DNA of 64,000 nt, taken from positions 67,952,001 to 68,016,000 of the forward strand of contig NC_058384.1 of the NCBI RefSeq assembly GCF_018350175.1, read 5' to 3'. Positions 56,673 to 64,000 of this stretch are shown here, in pieces. Position 1 is the stretch's first letter, and every line of letters starts with the position of its first letter. Position numbers and translations under genes: made by a program. This DNA is from Felis catus. Lineage: Eukaryota. A model generated the notes under the pieces. That model was not told where the DNA came from, made no database searches, and saw only the letters and a list, made by a program, of their open reading frames with translations.

Positions 56673-58914
56673 ATCTCTTTAAGTGAGACCTGAGGGATTG
56701 AAGCAGAAATAACGTGTGGTCCCACCCGGCGAGCAGGAGGGAGAAGTGAAATGCTATCCCTTCAAAATGGAATGTAACACGTTCAGGATGCATTCTGTAA
56801 TCCCAGAAGAACCGCGAAAACAAGTTTTCGAAGAGTATAGTTAATAAGCTAGTAAAGGAGACAAAGCAGAGTGGGGGTCACTGGCGTCCCCGGGACTGCG
56901 TGGCCCAGGGGGGTGGGTCCCCAGCGCCTCCAGGTGTTGGGACAGAATAAGTACTCAGAAAAGAGCTTCCTCTCCTGCCACCTTCTGGCAGTACATCCAG
57001 CCTATTTTTAACTTGAGTCTCTGTTTAAGTGCTTTTGGCTAAAAGAGAGCCAGCTGCTTCTGAGCCCCGGGCCGGCCACGGACTCCCCGGCTTCCCCAGC
57101 CCCGGTGGCCCCGGCCGCTCGGACGCCCCCCTTCCCAGCCATCTGTGCCCGGCGCGGGTGAGACGCCTCCAGCGGGCGCGCGCACACGGCACCTGCAGGC
57201 ACCTGGACACACGCGCACGCCGTGGGAGTGGTGCCCGCAGGGGTGCCCTGGGCCTCGGGGGCACTGGAACTGGAGGGTGCGCGCGCGGCAGGAGGGCGGC
57301 CTGCGTGGAGGCTGTGGTCTGCCGCCAGGGAGGACGCGGTGGCCGCTCGCGCTCTGTAGGAACCACGGACACCCCCAGCCCGCCGTCGCCTCTCCGGGGC
57401 CCCACGTCTCGTCTCCAGAGGCCCTCCCGCTTCCCTCGAAGCTCTGCCCACCGGCCCGGCCAAATGGCCCTTTGATTCGGGGTGAGGACTAGGATGCCGG
57501 TGTGCTTGGCCTCCCGCGTGGAGGATGCCCCCGAGGCCGGTTTTAGGGGCCTTCCTGGGGGTTCACCGAGAGCACCCCTTTCCCACGGGCAGACCAAGTC
57601 CACCAACCACAGGCCTCAGGACCCGGAGCGCCAGGATCGTGCTCCAGGCCCACGGCTGGGCCCGGGCGTCTGCGCGCAGAGTGGGCGGTGCCAGCGCGGC
57701 TTGGCCCCACGTGGGACGCGGCCGCTGTCCCTGGGTGTCTCCCCCGGGCTCAGGCCTGGCGTGCGTGCACGCGTGTCCGCGGGGTGGAGAGCGGGGCTCC
57801 TCTCCTTACGTGCTGTCTCCTCCTTCCCCAGCTAGGGGTGGGGGGCGCTGGCGGCCGCCGGGAGGGGGTGTGCTGGGTGCCTGTGCGCCGGTGTGGTTGC
57901 GAGCAGCGCCTGCCTCACCCGCCGTTTGCGGGGGGGGGGGGGGGGTATCGGGGCCCTAGGCGTTGTTTCTGTGTCCGGGGTGGCCGTCGGCCTGACCTGT
58001 AGGTCTCCAGAGGGTGTGAACGTGGCCTTGGTCTCCCCCACCGCCCGCCTCCTCCCTTCCCTGGATTTTCCTGGACTCTGGACTTCGTCCGGTCGGTTCA
58101 GCGATGCCGTTCCTTGCGCGGACCCCTATTTGTTGAGTCGCCGCTGGCTGCCAGCCCCGCCCCAGAGCAAGTCACCCCGTGAGCCCCCGCCTGTGGGTGG
58201 GCTTGTGTGTGCAGGCATCGGCGTGACCCTGCTGTGTGTGCCCGCGGCCTGTGGAGGGGTCCGCGTGGCTGAGGAGCTGAGCAGTTCCTGAACGTGTGTC
58301 AGCCGTCCTGCTCCGCGTGGGAGGGCCCGCGGGCCTCAGGTGCCCCTTCCCTTCAGCTGTGTAAACAGACCCCCGCCTTCCCTTCCGAGGCCCTTCAGGA
58401 CGGCGGCCCGCGCCCCCCGCCCTGAGCAGGGAGTGTGATGGACCGTGTGGGTCACGAGGTTGCAGGTGTGCGAGTGCGTGTGGGTCGGAGCGAGCGAGCG
58501 CGTGTGGGGCGTGAACGTGAGGCCCGAGCGTCGCCCTCGCCAGCACAGCCCCCACGAGCAGCTTGGGGGACCCCAGGCCGCTGGGGCCTAGCTCTCCCAG
58601 GTCTCTGGGCTGCTTCGTCCTCCCTTTTATGGCCAGGATCGGTGACGGTCTTGTAATTACTCTGAGCCGGACGCTGTGCGGAAAGCCAGGAGCTTGGCGC
58701 TGACCCCCCGGGGGGCCAAGACACAAGAGGCCGGACCTCCCCGAGGTCCCACCCCAGGCGAGTCATGGCCTCTGCCTGCTCTTGCTGCCCCGGCTGGCCC
58801 GGTCCCGGCACCTCTGGGCTGTTCCCCGCGTCTGTCCGGGGCTGAGCTACCCAGCCCGTGTGTCCCTCACGCCAGCCTTGGCCTCTACCTAGCTCATGTC
58901 CTTTATCCCCACCT

Positions 58915-60505
58915 GTATCCCCCCAGCCTGGCCGTGTCCCCTGGTCCCAGCCCATGTCCCCCCGGCCCAGCCATGTCCCTGGTCCCAGCCCGTGTCCCCT
59001 GGTCCCAGCCCGTGTTCCCCCAGGCCAGCCATGTCCCTCGTCCCAGCCCGTGTCCCCTGGTCCCAGCCCGTGTCCCCCTGGCCCAGCCATGTCCCTGGTC
59101 CCAGCCTGTGTCCCTGGTCCCAGCCTGTGTCCCGTGGTCCCAGCCAGTGTCCAACCAGCCCAGCCATGTCCCTGGTCCCAGCCCATGTCCCCCTGGCCCA
59201 GCCATGTCCCTGGTCCCAGCCTGTGTCCCGTGGTCCCAACCAGTGTCCAACCAGCCCAGCCATGTCCCTGGTCCCAGCCTGTGTCCCCTGGTCGCAGCCC
59301 ATGTCCCACCAGCCCAGCCGTGTCCCCTGGTCCCAGCCGGTGTCCCCTCAGCCCAGCCATGTCCCCTGGTCCCAGCCCGTGTCCCCTGGTCCCAGCCCAT
59401 GTACCCCCAGCCCAGCCGTGTCCCCTGGTCCCAGCCCGTGTCCCCTGGTCCCAGCCATGTCCCTGGTCCCAGCCCGTGTCCCCCCAGCCCAGCCCGTGTC
59501 CCCCCGGCCCAGCCGTGTCCCCTGGTCCCAGCCCGTGTCCCCTGGTCCCAGCCATGTCCCTGGTCCCAGCCCGTGTCCCCCCAGCCCAGCCCGTGTCCCC
59601 CCGGCCCAGCTGTGTCCCCTGGTCCCAGCCCATGTCCCCCCAGCCCAGCCGTGTCCCTGGTCCCAGCCCGTGTCCCCCTGGCCCAGCCGTGTCTCCTGGC
59701 CCCAGCCCGTGTCCCCTGGTCCCAGTCCGTGTCCCCCCAGCCCAGCCCGTGTCCCCCCGGCCCAGCCGTGTCCCCTGGTCCCAGCCCATGTCCCCCCAGC
59801 CCAGCCGTGTCCCTGGTCCCAGCCCGTGTCCCCCTGGCCCAGCCGTGTCTCCTGGCCCCAGCCCGTGTCCCCTGGTCCCAGTCCATGTCCCCCCAGCCCA
59901 GCCGTGTCCCTGGTCCCAGCCCGTGTCCCCTGGTCCCAGCCCGTGTGCCCCCAGCCCAGCCGTGTCCCCTGGTCCCAGCCTGTGTGCCCCCGGCCCAGCC
60001 ATGTCCGCTGGTCCCAGCCCGTGTCCCCTGGTCCCAGCCATGTCCCCTGGTCCCAGACTATGTCCCCCCGGCCCAGCCATGTCCCCTGGTCCCAGCCATG
60101 TCCCCTGGTCCCAGCCATGTCCCTGGTCCCAGCCCATGTCCCCTGGTCCCAGCTGTGTCCCCTGGTCCCAGCCCGTGTCCCCCCGGCCCCAGCCATGTCC
60201 CCTGGTCCCAGCCCGTTTCCCCCCGGCCCAGCCATGTCTCCTGGTCCCAGCCCGTGTGCCCCCGGCCCAGCCGTGTCCCCTGGTCCCAGACTATGTCCCC
60301 CCGGCCCAGCCATGTCCCCTGGTCCCAGCCCGTGTCCCCCCGGCCCAGCCGTGTCCCTGGTCCCAGCCCGTGTCCCCCCGGCCCAGCCATGTCCCCTGGT
60401 CCCAGCCCGTGTCCCCCCGGCCCAGCCATGTCCCCTGGTCCCAGCCATGTCCCTGGTCCCAGCCCATGTCCCCTGGTCCCAGCCCGTGTCCCCCCGGCCC
60501 AGCTC
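58915..60505. repeat. Complex GC-rich minisatellite (VNTR), ~18-20 nt variant units such as GTGTCCCCTGGTCCCAGCCC / ATGTCCCCCCGGCCCAGCC
   Basis: About 80 imperfect tandem units visible directly. Confidence 0.95.
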
Positions 60506-61211
60506 AACCCACGCTGCTAGGTTTGCCAGCTGAGGAGAACGGGCAGGGTGGGGGAGACCGTGTGAGGCTTTGGGGCGGAGCAGCTCTGGCCAGACAGGAC
60601 AGGACGGTCCACTCCCAAGGCCTCAGCGCCTAAAGTGGGAGGGTTGGGGGAGCAGGCCGAAAAGGGCAGGAGGGGCTGTGGGATGCGGGGGGCGTGGGGG
60701 CCTCACACCTTCTGGCAGCCCCCAGCAGGTGGTCCGGACACCGCAGGGCCCATGTGTGGCAGGGGAGGGAGGTGGCTCAGCCCTCCCTCCCCCTGCTTTG
60801 GTCCAGTTTCTTCCGCCCAGCCCCCAGTGTCCCTGAATGTCGTGCTCGGTCCCAGATACCACAGGCAGGGATCCTGTGCCGGGCGGGCTCGGGGTCGCTG
60901 GTGTCTATACATCTAAGTGTTGGCCTGTGTCCCCACCTCTCCCAGGCTCTGGGAACAAAAGTCTTGCCAGGGGGAGGGGGTGTCCGGGTAAGACCCTTGG
61001 CTGAAGGGGAGAGGCACTTTCTCTATATTCGCTGCTTGGGGTGACTTAAGAGGTTTCAAATATCAGCCTTCAGTCCCTGGGAAGCTTTAAGTCTCTGGTG
61101 GGGCAAGGCTGTCTGGTAGAAGAGACGGGAACTCGGGATACCTGAGTCCTGGGGCTTCTCTGCCGTGGGCACCCATCGCTTGCCCTTTCTGAGCTTTAGT
61201 TTTTTCCTGTC

Positions 61212-61565
61212 TTCTTTTTTTTATGTTTATTTATTTATTTTGAGAGACAGAGAGAGAGAGAGAGAGAGCCCTCATATGCGCAAGCAGAGGAGGGGCAGAG
61301 AGACAGGGGGAGAGAGAATCTCAAGCAGGCTCCAGGCTCTGAGCTGTCAGCACAGAGCCTGATGTGGGGCTTGAACCACAACCATGAGATCATGACCTGA
61401 GCCGAAATCGAGTCAGACACTCAACCGACTGAGCCCCCAGGCACCCCAAATGTCCTTTTTTTTTCTTTAAAGTTTTATTTATTTAAGTAATCTCTATGCC
61501 CATCAAGGGGCTCTAACTCATGACCTGGAGGTCCAGAGTCACATGCTCCTCTGATGGAGCCAGGC
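61212..61565 (-). mobile_element. SINEC (61212-61448) plus short SINE (~61465-61565)
   Basis: Antisense SINE motifs. Confidence 0.8.
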
Positions 61566-61596
61566 TAGTTTTCCTGTCCTTAAAATGTGGGGTTCA

Positions 61597-62035
61597 GGGG
61601 CACCTGGGTGGCTCAGTCGGTTGAGCGTCTGACTTTGGGTCAGGTCATGATCTCACGGCTCGTGAGTTTGAGCCCCGTGTCAGGCTCTGTGCTGACAGCT
61701 CGGAGCCTGGAGCCTGCTTCAAAGTCTGTGTCTCACTCTTTCTGCCCCTCCCCCCACTCACACTCTGTCTCTCTCAAAAATAAATAAACATTAAAAAAAT
61801 TAGAAAGAAAACATTAAAGCATAGCAAATCTGGGGCACCTGCGTGGCTCAGTCGGTTAAGCATCCGACTTCAGCTCAGGTCATAATCTCGCGGTCCGTGA
61901 GTTCGAGCCCCACATCGGGCTCGGTGCTGACAGCTCAGAGCCTGTTTCCGATTCTGTGTCTCCCTCTCTCTCTGCCCCTCCCCTACTTGCAGTCTGTCTT
62001 TCTCTCAAAAATAAACATTAAAAAAAACTTTTTTT
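61597..62035 (+). mobile_element. Dimeric SINEC (copy B) with 30-nt linker
   Basis: Two monomers joined by a linker at 61802-61831, inside a single TSD pair AATGTGGRGTTCA (61584-61596; 62037-62049). Confidence 0.85.
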
Positions 62036-62675
62036 GAATGTGGAGTTCAGACTGGCTCAGCCAATCCAGATTGGAGGCCTTTTGCTGTCTTTCTCCAAAG
62101 ACCCCGAGTGACTTTGGTGGAGGGGCCATCAGGATCTGTGGGAAGCAGTTCCGGGCGGTGGTCCAGGCTGTAATAGAGCGTGGTGTCCGTCGGACCCACC
62201 TTGAATGCCAGCCGTGCCAGGATGTGTGGCCCTGATCGCAGGACATAGCTCCTTAAACTCTCAGGCTTCCCATCTGTGCTGTTGGGACAGCGAGGCGTCC
62301 AAGGGCACAGAAACACGGGGTGCAGCGCCTGGCATGTAGCACGTGCTAGGTAAACGGGAGCTGGCTTTCTCTAGTTCCTGCCCCCAGATGCCCGGGACTC
62401 TGTCTTCCCATGGCTGCATTTTTGAACCTACTAAGCCCTCCCCATCTCAGCGCGCTGCCCCCCCTCCTCGTCCCCTGTGCCCCTGGGATGTGAGGACCTA
62501 CAGCTTAGGCCCGCCGCGTTGGCTCCTTCAAGGCCCTCCCCTCTCCCCAGGGGCTGCCAGCTATGTGTACCTCCTCCCAGCAGCCTCTTTCCTGTGTCCC
62601 CAGGCACAGGGGTACGTTCCCCTCCACGTTCCCACAGCCCCCTGGCATTTAACCATGTAACACTCGGTGTTGTCC

Positions 62676-62701
62676 TGTGTGTGTGTGTGTGTGTGTGTGT
62701 G
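62676..62701. repeat. (GT)n microsatellite
   Basis: Seen directly. Confidence 0.9.
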
Positions 62702-63349
62702 ATTGATCCCTCTTCACATGGCAACACACGCTAAATTATGAGCTAACTGGAGGCAGAGGCTGTCCTTGCACCCCCAGCACCCAGGATAGAGCCTGGCCTG
62801 GAAACCATGACCGGATGGACGAACCTACCTTTCCAGTTGTGTCTCCAGGTGGGGAGCCTCAGACTGGTGTCCTGGCTGCCCCCGGTCCTTTCCCCACTGC
62901 CCTCCGTCCCCTACTGCTCCGCCAGCAGGAAACCTACCCGCTCTCCACGGTCCAGAAGAAATTCCAGTTCCCGTGTTTCATGAGTACAGAGTGAAGACCC
63001 AGTCCCTGCCAGAGAGGGGCTCGTTCTCAGGATGCAGCTGTCGAGAGCCACCAGGGCCCAAGGCCCTCACCCAGGACCCAGCCTGCCCACACAGTGCCAG
63101 TCGGAGAACCAGGGTGCGATGGGGCCCCAAGGGTGTGCACCTTGGAAGAAGGCGCCCCCTCCCTGGTGGGGTTCGGCCTCTGTCATCACCCACACTCAGT
63201 GCCCACCCTGGCCTCACCCAGCCTGGCAGGGCCATGTGACCGCGTCACCTGCTCGCCTGTCTTTTGCTTTCTGTCTCCTCTCTCTCCTGACAGATGGAGG
63301 GTGGCAGCGGCCCCAGCAGCAGCAAACTCAGCCCTCGCGCCATAGTGTT

Positions 63350-63534
63350 TGTTTTTTTTAATTTTTATTTGAGAGAGCGAGCGAGCATGCGAGCAGGGGA
63401 GAGGGGCAGAGGGAGAGAGAGAGAATCCCAAGCAGGCTCAGTGTGGAGCCTGATGCAGGGCTCCATCCCCTGACCCCGGGATCGTGACCTGAGTTGACAT
63501 AAAGCCCAGCTGACCGATCCACCCCGGCGCCCCC
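63350..63534 (-). mobile_element. Carnivore SINEC
   Basis: Antisense body and T tail. Confidence 0.8.
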
Positions 63535-63539
63535 AGCCA

Positions 63540-63925
63540 TAATGTTTTAAATGAACAAAATAAAATCACAAAGGATTATGAAGGAAACCAATCACATGGA
63601 AACACAGTTAACAAAACATTTACATTTTTTGGTATAGTAATATGTACACTTCTTTATTAATACATGAAAAACAAGGCAGGCCTAACAACTCCGGTCGTTT
63701 CAACGCAGGGATGAGAGCGAATGGTTATTTTGAGAGATGTTCAAAACTATCACGCAGCCCGAAAACATCTGGGATTTCTGTTGGTTACAAAGAAGCAACT
63801 ATTTTGGCTTGTGGCCCGAGCACATAAGAGAATGTTTAATTTCAGTTACAGGTGAGTGAAAACAGAGATGTCACTTTTATCCCGTCTGGGTTCACAACCC
63901 CCTGAAATCCACAGACCCCAGTCAA
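63540..63925. mobile_element. hAT-Charlie-type DNA transposon relic
   Basis: AT-rich segment resembling recalled Charlie4a-like consensus (…AATTTCAGTTACAGGTGAGTGAAAACAGAGATGT…). Confidence 0.5.
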
Positions 63926-64000
63926 GGACCTGATTGCAGAATGGAATGGGAAGAAGAGGCGGCAACCCCCATTCGTGGAGCTGTACGCTTCCGCTGCTTT

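Larger units (their letters stand above)
55060..56860 (+). mobile_element. Degraded LINE-1 (L1M-type) ORF1-region remnant interrupted by SINEs
   Basis: Translation KYLKKQWPKGFPVLMKTIKPDIPEAP...DKERILRAAGGK resembles L1 ORF1p motifs (IFEEI.AENFP.L.K; KDKE.IL.AAR.K); A-rich sense strand. Confidence 0.7.

Noticed and set aside
58915-60505. CRISPR-like array
   Set aside because: No unique spacers, eukaryotic context and no cas genes; it is a minisatellite.
58452-60633. 545-614 aa ORFs resembling SPRR/keratin-associated or mucin-like repeat proteins
   Set aside because: All frames on both strands are open simply because the repeat unit lacks stop codons. Unit lengths are not multiples of 3, and no promoter, signal peptide or polyA context was seen.
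35960-64000. EFNA3/EFNA4 exons
   Set aside because: No ephrin-like translation found in any frame; these genes should lie beyond the right edge.

Overview
Mammalian genomic DNA from a felid, judged by its abundant SINEC_Fc-type carnivore SINEs. It is the region syntenic to human 1q22 and holds five complete, intact protein-coding genes whose exons could be walked base by base: TRIM46 (-, 10 coding exons, 759 aa), KRTCAP2 (+, 5 exons, 136 aa, head-to-head with TRIM46), DPM3 (+, 92 aa), SLC50A1/SWEET1 (-, 6 exons, 221 aa) and EFNA1 (-, 5 exons, 205 aa). The right-hand ~30 kb is the EFNA1 upstream interval (towards EFNA3 by synteny; EFNA3 is not in the window). It carries CpG islands, many SINEs, MIR/L2/L1/DNA-transposon relics and a ~1.6 kb GC-rich minisatellite. 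There are three N gaps. Top leads: (1) two independent insertions of a dimeric SINE sharing a 30-nt linker, each with its own TSD, suggesting a composite SINE subfamily mobilised as one unit; (2) a U12-type (minor spliceosome) intron in KRTCAP2 that is also in frame and stop-free; (3) a TRIM46 overlapping uORF whose stop overlaps Met24 (ATGA), plus an alternative first exon next to an RFX X-box; (4) a triple NF-kB module upstream of EFNA1; (5) a candidate TATA-driven spliced non-coding transcript ~11 kb upstream of EFNA1. Repeat boundaries are approximate and family names come from recalled consensus sequences, not searches.
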